DNA of 64,000 nucleotides from Callorhinchus milii (taxonomy: Eukaryota). Shown one piece after another: positions 12,593-26,654 of the stretch. Numbering within the stretch: position 1 is the first letter of the stretch; each line of letters opens with the position of its first letter. Made by a program: the position numbers and the translations under genes. The DNA lies in assembly GCF_018977255.1 (NCBI RefSeq), contig NW_024704743.1, positions 8,558,001 to 8,622,000 of the forward strand, in the 5' to 3' direction. The notes beneath the pieces are model-generated. The model had not been told where the DNA came from. It saw only the letters and a list, made by a program, of their open reading frames with translations, and did no database searches.

Positions 12593-13334
12593 ACAAACTA
12601 ATTCACAAAATGTCTTATCTACAATAGAACTTTTTGCATCATATTTGGTCTAGCAAAAATACTGGAGTATTGCTGTCCACTTACTTCCCAAGGCCAATAA
12701 ATTTGTGGCAGGAAGTATGTTTACATATTTTCAGTCAGAATACACGTAACAATATAACAATTTATATAGCATCTTTCACATTGAGGGGACATCTAAAAGC
12801 ACATAACAACAGAGTATCCCAAAGCAGCCAAGTGTTTGATATACAGGAGACCTCCATTACGGTACCTCTCTCTCCCCCCTCCCAGTTTTGCTTGTAGTGC
12901 AGGTTTTTCTGTAGCCCCACGATAATTGGGAGCATAGTACACGCAGCTTTATGCAGCTGACTGTCCATGCCAAAACCTGTTTTGACTTCCAGATCATCAG
13001 ATTACCACTCACATAACAACAATAACAAAATTACATTTATAGAGCTCCTTTCAAGTCCTGGGCACTGCACAAGTGCACTATGCCCAAGAAGCGCCGCTGA
13101 CACAACTTTGCACGAGAAGTGAATCAGCAGCGACCTGACGACTTGGAAGTTGACCATTTTGACACGCTTCACTTCATTTATAATGTGACCTCCGACCTAT
13201 TAGATACAGAGCAGCATAAATCTACAGCCAGGAACAACCAGAAGGGTAGAAAGGAATATGGTCCCATGTCAGTAATGGCATCCAGAGGAGGACACTATAA
13301 TGAGGTTCCTCTGTACAAGCTAAAGGAACCAATA

Positions 13335-14060
13335 CAACAACAACTTGAATTTATATAGTGCCCTTCACCCCGACTAGCGTTCCAGAGCTTTTAACAGTGA
13401 CAGAGTCTGACCCCGAGCCAGGGGGAGAGGGAGCGGGGAGGTGACTATAAGTATGATCAAAAAGAAATCTTTAGGTGGGATCTGAAAGTGGGGAAGGAGA
13501 GGGCAAGGTAGAGGGATTGGGGGTAGAGAGTTCCAGAGCTTGTGGCATAGTGATTGAATGCACGGAGGGGGCAAGGGACGAATAGAAGGCCGGAGCCAGC
13601 TGAGGGGAGGCAGCGGGTGTAGGAATGAGAGGTGGGTGAGTAAGTCGGAAAGGTAGGGAGGTGCGAGGGAATGAAGTGATTTGAAAACGAGAGAGCGAGA
13701 CCTTGAAGTCGATCTGTTAGACTTCAAGGTTCTCTCTCTTGGGAGCAAGTGCAGCCTGGCAAGGACTGGTGTGATTCAGAGTTTTGTGCAATTCTGAATT
13801 AATTGTATTTTATATATGGTGGAACTGAGGAGACCAGCGAGGAGGGCACTTGAAAAGTCTAGCTGGGAAATGACAAAGGTGTGTCCGAGGGTTTCGGCTG
13901 CTGTGAGTGTGAGATATGGATGGAGGTGGGCAATGTGGTGGAGGTGGAATAAAGCGGTCCTAGTCAGAGAACAGATGTGGGGGAGAAAGGAACGCTATGG
14001 ATCGAAACTGAAGCCTAGATTGCACACGGTTTGGTGAGGGAGAGCCTGGGGGAGTGCTCA
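13335..14060 (-). mobile_element. L2 LINE 3' fragment (older subfamily)
   Basis: ORF 13374-13748 contains LVFKSLHSLAPPYLSDLL..LWNSLP; (TTG)n-type tail. Confidence 0.8.
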
Positions 14061-14249
14061 GGGAGGTTAGGGAGTTCATACACGCAGGAAAGAAGACGTC
14101 GATACACGGGATGCCTATAATTTGTGCAGTCTCCATGCAAGATAATTTAATTTTCAGGTGACACCAAGCTACGTGGTCTGCGGAAACTGAAATCAGAGGA
14201 GACTTGATCTTTCAAAGAGAGCTCAACTCGTATTCAGCTGAGGTGAATC

Positions 14250-14680
14250 ACTGACAAATGAAGTTCATTACAGACAAATGCAAGATACTGTATAATTTGA
14301 AGTACAAATTGAAATTATTTGTACTCCCCTGATTAGACAAAAGTTACCAAAGGGGAAGAATTCTCAGTGGCCATTGACACTTCCCTCACCATGTCCAAAC
14401 AGTATGAATCACCAACATTCAAAGCAAATAGGATGGTGAGCTATTGGATCTGTTGGGTGCTTAAAACTCCGCACTGAAGCTATACATTGCTCTGATCAGG
14501 CTGCCCTACTGGGGTTCTGAATGCAGTTCTATTCATCACAAGGTAAATGGGTCATTCCAGCCACAGAGGAAGTGCAGACGAGAGCAACAAGGCTGATCTT
14601 TAACATGGAGGAGCTTTGAGAAACGACTAGATAAAACTAGGAGATTTCAACTTTGAAAAGAGAAAGCTCCCATTCTGCAA
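14250..14680 (+). mobile_element. Old CR1 RT C-terminal fragment
   Basis: Decayed (W)QMKF.TDKCKIL and ..EEVQ.RATRLI motifs. Confidence 0.55.
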
Positions 14681-17261
14681 TAGGAAGTCAGTAGTGTTGA
14701 TAGGGTGTTAATAATAATGCTTGCATTTGACATAGTGCCTTATCACGTCTTCAAGACATCTCAAAGCGCTTCACAGAATATACTGAAAAGTGAATTAACT
14801 TAACCTTTTGTAGGGGAAAATATTATCAAATAATAATAACACCTTGCAGTTTGATTTGTGCCTAGAACACTGGAAAATCTCAGAGGACATTGAAGGATGG
14901 CACCTCTAACAAGGGCAGACTTCCCAGCACTGCACTTGAGTGTCAGCAGGAGTCAGCTAACACTTCCAGCAAAAAGTCCCCATGTGGAGCTTGAGCCTAC
15001 AACTTTCGGACATTTTGACCCAGAGGTGAGCATAGTAATCACTGAGCCGAGGAGTGATCTCTGAGCCAATCACTTGAAGGAGGATTTTGGAATTGGGCAG
15101 AGGGCCTTTTTCCAATTATACAGTTCTTGGGTTCTCGTCAAGAAATCTGTAACACCTGGTCTTAAAATTCAAAAGGGAGAAGGTGAACAATTTAGATTTA
15201 ATTACTTTACTCAGAGGGCGCAAAATACTGTATTTAGAATAGGCTGCCCAGCGATGTTTCGTGTTGAAAATTTAAAATTAAAAATTAAAAATCAGTAAAA
15301 GATCACATAGGAACAGGCATAGCCCATTCGGCCCCTCAAGCCTATTCCACCGTTCTATCAGATCATGGCTGATTGTATAATGTAAAGTTAAGTTTATAAC
15401 TTGAAATGTAATGTAACTATTTTTCTAAAACGGATCACACAACCAGATGCCTCACTTTCCCTGAAACTCTAAGGAACACTGAATTTATAATCAACCGACT
15501 GGCCTCAGGGTAACCTTTCAGCCATGTATAAGATAGCAAAGTTCAATGCATGAGATTTTTTAATGGAAAAATCTAACTAGCACTCAATGCAAAATTTGTT
15601 GAACTAGGCACAAGTTACACTTGAACTTCAGCTTTTGTTGAAACTGCAGTGCAATGCAAAGGGTAGCACATGTTGATGTTCTGACACATACAGCATGTTG
15701 CAGAGTTATAACATTTGAGGCCAAATAATAACCTAATCCTTGCATTTCCCCAAATCCCAAAACTAGTAATTTCTAGACTTGATGTTGGAAGCTGGAGGGA
15801 AGGGTCAGGGTGGAGAGAAGAAAAAGAAAGAGAATGATGCTGAGTTGCCAGTGCACATCTCCTACGAACTGGTTTAAGAACCTGGAAGCAGGACACTTGC
15901 CTGATTTGGTCAGCAAGGGAATGGTATTTTGCATGAGGGAAGTAAAGCAACAGAAAAAACAAAATTATGCAAGAGTGGAAATGGTAAGTACATTGGAATA
16001 CTGTTTTAGGTAAAGTCAATCAAGAGAGGATGGAATAGAATGAGACTTGCAATGTAACAGCCTAACAGATTACATATTACATAACAGATTACATGCGTAT
16101 TACATAGGGTCAAATTAGCTCTCAATAACAATTTGTTATGTGTTCAGGAGCCATTCTGTAGCAAGGGTGGTTATTACAAGGTCCTGTTTACCATTCTTAA
16201 GATAATGCAGTTCCTGCTAAATTGGCCTCATCTTCGTACTATTTAGTCTCTTCTTTTACTTCCTATCTAAAAANTGAGGGAGACCCAGTTGTAACAGATG
16301 CATATATAAAAAAAAACAGCCCCACTTTCACAAACATCACTGCTGGATAGCGTTTGCCTACAAATACACAGTCACTCCACTAAATGGTAATTCTTGTGGC
16401 GTGCTTTGGGTGTACTCCCAACATGAAAGGCACAATACCAAATGTAAGAATTATTATTACTATTTTATTATTAATTATTATTATAGCCTGGCTGGCTGCC
16501 TGCATACTTGCACGGGAAACCAGTCGATTCCAAAGTGTACTGCACCTCTAGTAACTGCTTCCACAGGAGACCTGTGTAATAAGCAAACTCGCGCTCTTGT
16601 GAGATTCTAACTCACCCCTGTCCCTGAGCCAATTAAAATGTAAAAGATTTCAAGTAGAGGAATTTTGTTCAACATTGCTTTCAGAGAAACAACAACAAAT
16701 TACATTTGTATAGCGTCTTTCACGTTAAAGCGCTCTGGCACACTACCCTGAGTGAGGGGCGCTATATAAATGCAAGTTGTTGTTGTTGGGAAGACATCCT
16801 AAGATGCTGAAACACAACGGTGATCTTCCACTGATTTCTTTAAGCCAGAAAAATCTGGAGGAGAGGAAGGAAAAAAAGAACTCACATTTTTGCACCGCAT
16901 GCATGAAAGCGGATGGTTATAGCTGAGATCATTACATTTGCCTCTCTTCCTGTAAATATTGATCTTGACTGCTGTTTTCAGCAATGAATCTCAGAGAGAA
17001 AAAGCACCACTTGAGATCCAATTCTGCATGAGTAAATAGGCAGATATTTCATGCCCCACAGGATCTTGGGTCACAATAACGTTTCTGATGTCACAGTGGC
17101 GTCCGCATGACATTCATAAAGCAGCTTAATTACAACGTCAACAATGTAAAAAACACATTAGTTGAGCACGACAATGCCACAGGATGTGAAAGCTACAGTT
17201 TCTAGAGCCGGAGAGTGGAGGGACACTAAGCCTCCGAATTTAGTTGGGCAAAGAGACACCA

Positions 17262-17545
17262 TTTTTGTTTTGCTCAGCCAGGTGTCTGACATATGCAGAA
17301 ACCCATCACCATGTTTAAGAGTATCCAAACCAAACTGAGAATTCTATGCATCCCACCCACACATGGAAATCCCAGAGATAAATTACTGGAATGTAATGTG
17401 CACCTCTCTCCCTGGAAGGATGCATCCTGCTTACCTAATTCCAGAAAGTATTAGGCACAGGTTGGCAAGAGCTAAGGCTTGAGGACCCCAGAGTGTGCGT
17501 TGGGTTATTGTTGGAGTCTAACCAGCTAAAACCGCAATGCTTGCC
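17262..17545 (-). mobile_element. Family X copy
   Basis: Poly(T) plus the same 3' block as the 749 copy. Confidence 0.75.
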
Positions 17546-18129
17546 ATTGGTGACTTGCCTTGCAATCGTTTCCCTTTTAGAAGAAAGACCAAGCATCCCC
17601 CAGGGATGGCGTTAGGGATGGGGGTCAGGGATAGGGGTCAGTGGAAGAGAAAATAAATCAAATGGGGGTGTCTCTACTGAGCTACAGTTTCCCATGTATT
17701 GTTGGCCATCCAAGAGCTGTACCCAGGAGCTCTCCACATTCTATCTTTGCAGCAATGGGGAATTGTTCCGGGTGGAGGCGATAAGACCTGTGAGGTTAGA
17801 TGCAGGAGAAAGAATGCAAGTGTAAACAACAGCTGGGATGGGCTAACAGGATGGGTGCCTGAAGCCAGAACACTAAAATCATTTAATGAAACAGCTTGAT
17901 ACTATCAAGGGCAGACTGTGGGGAAGTATCTGGAAAGATAAGATCAAATGGGCAAATAGACCTTCTTCATCTGAGCCACTCTTGCTATATTTTATTACTG
18001 ATCACCTATACAACTCACTAATGTATCCAGCAGATGATTATTGAAATAAGTGATCGAGAGCCTGAATTGGCCTTCCAACACCAGGCGCACACTGCTTCCT
18101 CACAGCAGCCGAACAGAGGAACCTCATAA

Positions 18130-18420
18130 CCTTCAGACTGATTGTCTGTCAGACATCAAGTCCTGGATGACAGGTGCACCTTCAGCCCGACAGTCCCCAC
18201 CCTTTGGATCTCCCTCCCACAGTCCCTTCGCCTTGTCCCTACCCTTGCCTCCTTCAAGGCCTGTCTCAAGACCCTGCTCTTCGACTGCGCCTTTGGTCAC
18301 CCTCTTACCCCTCCTGATCCCAACCACCAGCTCAGGTCCAAATTCTTGACTGTCCAGCACCTTGGGATGTCTTCCTGACGTAAAAGGCGCTATACAAATG
18401 TGATTTGCTGCTGCTGTTGT
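18130..18420 (+). mobile_element. L2 LINE 3' end with internal deletion
   Basis: DCLSDIKSWM joined to ..SFKACLKTLLFD and the L2 tail stem-loop. Confidence 0.8.
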
Positions 18421-20025
18421 TATTGAAGTCTCAGCAATGTTGGAATACTGAACAAAGCCGGCCTAAATACAATGTTGCCTATTCTGCACAAAGTATCTCC
18501 TCTAACGGTTTTACAGAAGAATAATTTACATCAGAATGTACTGGAATAAGTCCATCTGGCCTGTCTCAAAATATTTTTTTTTTAAAAATCCTGCACTACT
18601 CAGATCTCTCACTCCTTCAGCTTATTGTTAAATAGCTCTTCAAATTGCCGATACAAAAAAATGTACCTCTGCTGTCTCCCTGGCAAGTCTATTCCACATA
18701 TTCAACATGTAAAACAATTCAATCTTAGCTATTCGTTCAACACTTCTGAGATTCAGCCCATTGACATTAAGCATTATATAATAATACTTGTAGATTGTGA
18801 TAAGAGCACTTCACAAAATATATTGTAAAGTGGATTGACTGTATTTTGTGGGCGAAACATAGCAGCCAATTGTGCATAGCGATGTCCCTCAAAGAATTGG
18901 GGATTTTTTGAGGGATTATTACCCAGGAAAGCGATCTGCCATCAACTAACAATCAGGTTCCTACTTACTGCTAGTAAACAAGCGCTTTGAGATGGCTCAA
19001 CAACGTGATAAGGCGTTAGATCAAATGCAAGGTTTATTATTATTATTTGTTTATAAAAATTCACATTCACCACACATCAAGGTAAAAATGCTATGAAGAG
19101 CTTTAAGACACCACTTCTATTTGTCCAATATTTTTGTTAAAAGGAAAATCGGTAGCTTTATTCACTTAGGAAGAACTCAATAGTTCTTGCTGGCTTTAAG
19201 GAGGGAATCGGGAAGAAAAGACATCCCTCTCTCTTGCTCTCTCAACATTTGTTCCTAACACAATGCTGCTTCATACAAGAACAATTGTCCTTGTTCTAGA
19301 ATAAAAAAACATTCACGGAATAATCAATAAATCCTCCCCAACCCATTAGGATTTCATGTTCTAGAACTGAATGTGGAGCTCTGGGGATTGAAAATTAACC
19401 ATTTAATGGCAATTGATCAGAATTTGGTGCTACTCTGAAAACTCCCCCTTTCATTTTGTGAAGAGTGTTTTGTTTTTCAATTTCAGGTCAGAGTGAAGAA
19501 CAGTGAAGCTCCTAATTCAAGCACCGAATGTGCTGTTCAATTATACATAGCAAGGCCCCTTACTGCACTCAGCACAAACATAAAGCTTCATCCCACTAAA
19601 CAGTCACAAATACGTACCTCATATAGCAAGGACTACATTGCAGATTTGATGGTATTTATACATGTTAATCAAGTACTGGACTAGTTTCTGTTTTATCCAT
19701 TAACAAACAAACTACAAACCATTAGCCTTCACATAAGCTATAGAACAGCATTTCTTTCCATTACAAAATACAGGAAATGATTGAATTCCTAAGTCCATTA
19801 ACTACTTTTTCCTGGATTGAAATGAAGAATTCAACTGTCAATGAATGGTTCATCCCATTTACAATTAAGGTGAGCAGAGCCTCTTGGAGCCACACAAATA
19901 GCAATACAAATCAAACATCTTAGCGAAGATCATGTTATAGAAATAACAATTCACATGATTTCTCAATTAATGGTGGAGCTACAACTTTCTGCTAGAAAAG
20001 TAGGTATCAGTCTGGCTCAGCAGAA

Positions 20026-20345
20026 AGCACACTCACCTCTGTGAGTCAGAATGCTGCAGGGTTCAAACACCACATTGATAATTCATTGCAGTGCCTTGTT
20101 GAAGGTGCCTTCCTTCAGATGAGATGTTAAACTGACGACTGTTTGTTTAGATGGATGTCAACAATCTTGAAAAGAGAAGGGAGTTTTGCCCAAGGGTCAT
20201 GCCCAACTATCCCTCCTACATAAAATGGACCATTTACTGTATAGATTCTGTAGGACACTGACGTACACAAATTGGCTGCTACATTCACCTACAAAATACA
20301 GTAGCACTACATTTTATAGCATATTGGGTGAAGTACTTTGAAATA
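20026..20345 (+). mobile_element. Deu-domain SINE (diverged)
   Basis: Head and Deu core similar to the other copies. Confidence 0.7.
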
Positions 20346-21689
20346 TCCTCCTGGACCACCGTCACAAAAAACTCAATTAAATCCAAAATTCCATTGCTAA
20401 GCACGTCACCCTGGAATCAGCTCAAGGAGAACCCTCTTAAATTCCCCCCTCCCTAGGAAGATAGTAAAGGGTGATATAAAAGGGAGCAACAGAAACTTGG
20501 AAGGTAATAAGAATAACAATGCTTGTATTTGATGTAGCGTCTTATCACATCGTTGAACATCTTAAAAGTGCTTCTCAGAATATACTGTAAAGTGAATTGA
20601 TCCTATATTTTGTGGGCGAAGTAAGGGTACTGAGGATATGGAGGAAAGGCAGGGAACTAAGATTAAAAGATCTGCCATGATTCAATAAAATGGTGGAACA
20701 AGTTCATTTGGGCTGACTGTCCTGTTTCCAGGTAAGGCTAGTAACATGTTGTGAAATACAACAAGAGAAGTTTGTGTGCTCAGAGTGAATGTAGAAATTG
20801 TCACAATATCCAAATCGCTTTCAAACCAATACCACTGATCAGCTCCTCTCCAAGACTCGGGGGTGGTTTCTATTCACAGAAAAGCACAGTCGACATATTT
20901 GCTGGTTGGCAGATTCAAGAGACGGGTAAAGAGCAATATGTGGATCTCTTCACTTACCGCACAAAGCATTTGATATGGGAAGCGTGCAGGATTATGATGG
21001 GGGTTCTTTGGTGGGGAGGGGGATTCAGTTGTGCAAAAACTTAATCCAGGTATCATGCAACATGACAATACGGTAAGCAGAATGGTTTTGTGAGGCCGAA
21101 AATTGTTTGAAATTTTTGAAATTAATTGTTTGAAACCATTAGCTGCTCCAGTGGGATCACGATTGTAGATACTGCCACCAGGGACTTGACGGAAGGTGTG
21201 CACATACGATTCCGCAGAAATCAATCTGGCACCATTACACTATTCTACCTGGGTAAAACACCAACAAACCACCATCACTGCAATTCACAGTATATCCTGT
21301 AAGTAGCCCTTTGGTATGTCCTCCCAAAGTGAAAGGTGCTTTGCCAAATGTAAGGATTAACAATAATAAAAAAATTCACAAGCTTTTTCACAAGCTCTTA
21401 CAATGATGATTATCATGAATTCCTAACCCATTCAGAAACCGCACTGCAGCAGATGACTGAAAGGTTTATTATAGCAGCCAGAAACTAAAGACTCTCCATC
21501 AGTCTTTACTAAGACAGAAGAAACATTGCAGCAGTAATTCAAATATATTTTGTAGGTGGCCTATATGAAAAGGAAATGCACAACTTTCTATAAAGAGCAG
21601 CACCCAGCAGTACTGGACTGGCTGTTTCATTTTCATATCTAGATTTCCTTACAGTGCCACTCGATGTTCTGTGATAGAACCATGTAAAT

Positions 21690-22135
21690 AATACTGTAGG
21701 AGGAGGCCATTTGGTGCATTGAGCCTAAAATGGTGCTTGCTCATCCACTGGACCTAACTGCCTACTCGAATCCCATCTTTCCTCATACCATAGTTATTTT
21801 CTTCTTCAAACGCTTATCCAGTTCCCTCTTAATATTATCATTTCAACCTTAACAGACACTTACAGCAAAGCATTCAAGGTTCTAATAACCCTCTCAGTGA
21901 AAGACGTTTCTTCTCACCTCTCCTTTAACTCTTCCTTTGACAATGATGTTAACCAACCAATGGCAATCTTTTTCCAATTATCCTCTCAGAACCTTTCAGA
22001 GTTTTTGAAGACCTCCATCAGATTCAATCCCTTAACCTTCTCTAAACTGGAGAGAAGAGACCCAATTTTTCCAAGCCTCTCTCAAAACCATCACCTCTCA
22101 CCTGGTATCATCCAATGTAAACCTGCACTGTATTA
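21690..22135 (-). mobile_element. CR1 LINE 3' fragment
   Basis: GGAGGCCATTTGG tail; decayed LFS.EKVKG.LMEVFK motif on the minus strand. Confidence 0.6.
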
Positions 22136-22405
22136 GTTCACTGTACAGAATCCATTAAAGTTTCAATTCAAGAATATCTTCTGGATATTATACTCAAAAT
22201 GTCTGAAAGTGCTTCATAGGATTTTTACTTTGGATTTTAACGACTGTATTTTGTAGGTCCATGGGGCAGCCAATTTACATGCAGCATTGTCCTAGAAAAC
22301 ACCACAAAGGGAGTGACCAATTTTATTTGGGGATTGTTGGTGAGGACACTGGGAGAAACTCCTGTATCTTTTTGAATAGTGCCATGGGGTCTTTCATGTT
22401 AGTTT

Positions 22406-25278
22406 AACAACAACAAGATTTCATTTATAGAGCGCCTTTCACGTCGGGAGGACGTCCTAAGGCGCTGGACAGTTGGGTCAGGACCTGAGCAGGGGGGAAA
22501 TGGTCAGGGTGAGGGAAGGGAGGGAGCGAGGAGTGGGTAGAGAGTTGAGGGGTCGAAGAGAAAGGTCTTGAGATCAGCCGTGAAGGTGGAGAGGAAGCAA
22601 GGCGAAGGCACTGGGGGATGGAGTTTCAGAGCCTAGGGGCTGAGAGGCTGAAGGCCCGGCCACCGATGGTAGGGCGGGGGATGTGGAGCAGACCGGAGCC
22701 AGAGGAACGGAGGGTACGGGCAGGTAAGTCGGGGGATAGTAGGTCGGAGAGGTAGGAGGGAGCAAGGCCATGAATGGCCTTGTAGGTGAGGATGAGGATC
22801 TTGAATTCGATCCTCTGGGGGATGGGGAGCCAGTGGAGGCGAGCGAGGGTGGGAGTGATGTGGTCGCGAAGCCTGGTGCGGGACAGTACACGAGCTGCAG
22901 AGTTCTGAATGACCTGCAGATTGTGGAGGGAGGTGCCGGGAAGGCCGGCGAGGAGAGAGTTCCCATAGTCCAGCCTTGAGGTGATAAAGGCGTGGACCAG
23001 AGTTTCAGCAGCGTGAGGGGTGAGGTAGTGCCGTAGTCTGGCGATGTTTCAGAGGTGATGGAAGGCGGCGCCAGTTGTGGCGCGGATATGAGGGAGAAAG
23101 GACAGCTCAGGGTCGAACGCCGAGGTTCCGGACTGGCTGTGAGAGGTGGAGAGTGCAGCCTTGGATGCTGATGCTGTCAGCGCCTGAGGTGCGGAGGCGC
23201 TGACGTGAGCCAATCAGGAGGGCCTCAGTTTTGTGCACGTTGAGCTGAAGAAAGTTGTCTCTCGTCCAGGACTCGATGTCGGACAGGCAGCTGTCAGGAC
23301 ATCGGTGGTCGTGGAGTTGAGGGTAGAAGAGGAAAGGTAGAGTTGGGTGTCATCCGCATACATGTGGAAGTTAACCCCATGTCTGCGGATGATGTCACCA
23401 GGGGGAGCATATAGAGGGTGAAGAGGAGGGGACCGAGGACAGAGCCCTGAGGGACACCACACGAGACAGTGCGGGGGTGGAGGAAAAGCCGTTTGTGGAA
23501 ACAAAATGAAGACGGTGGGAGAGGTACGACCTAAACCACTCAAGGACAGGGCCTTGAAGGTTGAGGTGGGAGGACAAGCGGTGGAGGAGGATAGCGTGGT
23601 CGACCGTATCGAATGCGGCCGATAGGTCGAGGAGGACGAGGAGGCAGAGGGAGCCCTGGTCGCAGATGGTCAAGATGTCATTGGTGACCTTGACCAGGGC
23701 AGTTTCTGTGCTATGGGCAGCACGGAAACCCGACTGAAGGGGTTCAAATAATGAATGGGTGGAGAGGAAAGAGCGCAGCTGGGAGGCGACAACTCTTTCA
23801 AGGACCTTGGACAGGAAGGGGAGGTTGGAGATGGGCCGGTAGCTTGATAGCTGCGACGCATCAAGGGAGGGTTTTTTCAAAGTGGGAGTGATGGTGGCAG
23901 TTTTTAGGGAATGGGAACAGAGCCAGAGGAGAGGGACAGGTTGATGATGTCTGTGAGAAGTGGGGCAAGGAGGTGGAGCTGGGAGATAAGGAGTGGAGTG
24001 GGGATGGGGTCAAGGGAGCAGGTGGTGGGTTTCAGGGACAGGATGAGGTTGGTGACAGAGGGTGGGGAAACGGGTTCGAAGGTGTGTAGGGGAGGATGGG
24101 TAGGAGTCGGAGTGTGGCCGCGGAGCGGATTCCCTTGATTTTGGATTCAAGGAAATCCAGCATCTCCTCGCAGTGAAGGTTGGAGGAGATGACCTGCGCG
24201 GGGTGGCGGGGGGGACGGAGGAGTCGGGATGTGGTAGAGAACAGAAGCCTGGGGTTGTTCTTCGCCTCCAGGATTATCCTGGAGTAGAAGGACGACTTGG
24301 CCGAGGCTAGAGTGGAGCGGTAGATTTTGAGGAGGTCCAGCCAGATTTGTCGGTGGACCGTTAGGCCAGATTTGAGGCAGGTGCGTTCAGCGGCCCGCAC
24401 CTGGCTCTTCAGTGAGCGGAGGTGGGTGGTGAACCAGGGGGAGGAGCGAGAGTAGGAGACAGTACGGGGGGTGAAGGGGGCAAGTGTCGAGTGTGGAGGA
24501 GAGGGTGTTGTGGAGGAAGGTGAGACCAGAAGAGGGTGTCAGTGAGGGATGAAGGCCAGAGGGAGAGGAGTTCAGAGGACTCCAAGGCAGCGGTTAGGGA
24601 TTGTGGGGGTAACTTCTTCCAGGGGCGGTAGAAGATGGTGGTGGGTCTGGTGGAGGTGGGGAGGGGGTGGAGGTGGTGAAGGAGATGAAGTGGTGATCGG
24701 AGACGGCCTTGTCGGTAATGGTGACATCCGAGACACTGAGGCCCCGGGTGATCACCAAATCGAGTGGGTGGCCGTGACTATGAGTGGCGGAGTTGATGTG
24801 GAGGGAGAGGTTGAGCGAGGAGAGCAGGGAGAAGTCCGAGGAGATGGAGTAGGAGGGAGTGAAGTGCAGGTTGAAGTCGCCCAGGATGATGAGGCGATCA
24901 GAGCAGAGGCAGAGAAATGTTAGTAGGGTAGAAATATCGGAGATGAAGGTGGGAGAGGTTTTAGGGGGCCGGTAGAGGAGGAGGATTTTGAGTGAGAGAT
25001 AGGAGGGTGGGAGAGGGTGAGGTGCTCAAAAGAGGGGAAAGAACCAGAGGAGTAGGGGGATAGGGCAAGTGGTGTCCTTGAGATAAGGGCTACACCACCG
25101 CCACGGCGGTTGGGGCGAGGGATGTGGTGGGAGGTGCAGCCGGGTGGTGTGGCCTCCGTGAGGGGGAAGGTGTCGCTTGGGGTGAGCCAGGTTTCCGTTA
25201 AGGCCATGATGTCAACGCTCTCATCAAGGATTAGATCGTTGATGACCAGGGCCTTGTTACAGAGGGAGCGGATCATTT
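22406..25278 (-). mobile_element. L2-clade LINE, about 2.9 kb, nearly the whole ORF2 (APE endonuclease + reverse transcriptase), frameshifted
   Basis: ORF pieces IRSLCNK..ALTETWL (APE), KKPSLD..YRPISNLPFLSK..QSGFR..HSTETAL..LLDLSAAFDTVDH (RT), YADDTQLY; 3' stem-loop GCGCCTTAGGACGTCCTCCCGACGTGAAAGGCGC followed by (TTG)n. Confidence 0.95.
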
Positions 25279-25989
25279 TTGTTGATTAACATCTCAACCA
25301 AGGACCAAAGTACCATCCAAAGAGGTAATAATAATGTTTGGTATAGCGCCTCACATTGGAAGGATATCTCAAAGTGCTTCACAGGATTTACTGTAATGTG
25401 TTTTCATGTGGGTGAAAGGTCGCATTCTTTAGGCGGAGGTCTGTGGTCTGAAGTCTATAACACTATTTTAGGGCCTGGGAAGGATCACAATAATGCATCA
25501 AAGCTGAGCCACATGGCAGATGAAAGGGTGGCCTATTGTGTTGTGGCTCATCTACTTGGCTCCCCTTGTGAGACCCTTCTCAATGCTGGCAGTTACTGAA
25601 ACAACCTGCATGGGTATTCACTTCACTTGTGTGCAAAACCTCTGTATCTTTTCACCCTCAACGATCCTTCAAATGAGGAAGAGGGAAAGACAACCAAAAG
25701 GGCAGTCAAAGAGGTATGTTTTGAGATGTCCCTTGAAAGAGGGGAATTGGAGGGCCTCTGGGAGCAGGTACAGAATGGCTGAAAGCACTCCCACTGATGC
25801 CTGGGTGGATGGTGCAAGGAACATGAAGTTGGCCAGTGCTTGTTGAGCAAAGGGAACCTGGAGCTTTAAATGTCTCTGACGCTACTTCTTTCTCCCCCCC
25901 GGCTGCTGAGACCTTCACCCAGCACCTTGGGTCATCATCCCAACGTGAAAGGTGCTTTACAAATATAATTTGTTGTTTTTGTTGATTAC

Positions 25990-26380
25990 TTGCAGACTCT
26001 CCAATACTCTGCTTGCCTGCCTCTCAAGGTCCTCCTACACTGGATGCAGACCATGTCCTCTCCTGCACCACATTCCCCCAACACACCAAATTTAAGATTC
26101 TCATCCTCACTTTCAAATGCCTTGTCCCACCTTTCTCTACGACTTCACTGCTCTCTCCGCTCAGCAAATACTGGCCTTTATTCATAGCCTCCCTTCACCA
26201 TCAATGAACAATTTTTAGATATTCTGGCACTGCAACCTGGAGGCCCTACACCTTGCCCTCTCTTATCACCTTCAAAAACAGCTATTTATTTTTCCCAACC
26301 CCCCTGTTCCCCCAACTCAGGTAGGAAATGCTTTGAGATGGCCTCCTGATGTGAAAGGGGATATAAATGCAAACTGTGGC
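25990..26380 (+). mobile_element. L2 3' fragment (old)
   Basis: KFKILILTFKCL motif and tail. Confidence 0.6.
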
Positions 26381-26654
26381 AACCAATTGCATAGTACATT
26401 TCACTGCTTTATTTTCCAACAAATAACCTGCAATCTTTACTGAAGTTTACATAACATGGAGAGATGATAACCATTGTCTAATGAGAGATTCGACCACAAG
26501 TGGCCAAGATCAAGGTGGTTTCAAAAGGGTTACAAATGTAATAGTTATAGTGCTTTTGCCTCTTCGTTTAAAATTCTATCCAGATAATGAATGTACTGAC
26601 AATTCCGCAAGCATTTCTACATGTAGTTTTTTTTAATTGATACATTTACATTAG

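Noticed and set aside
651..13315. One 12.7-kb DNA transposon bounded by TACAG.. (651) and ..CTGTA (13315)
   Set aside because: The ends are only loosely similar and there is no transposase between them; separate MITE remnants are more likely.
15615..16019. 134-aa ORF in unique sequence as an exon
   Set aside because: No recognisable domain, non-ATG start and no convincing splice boundaries.
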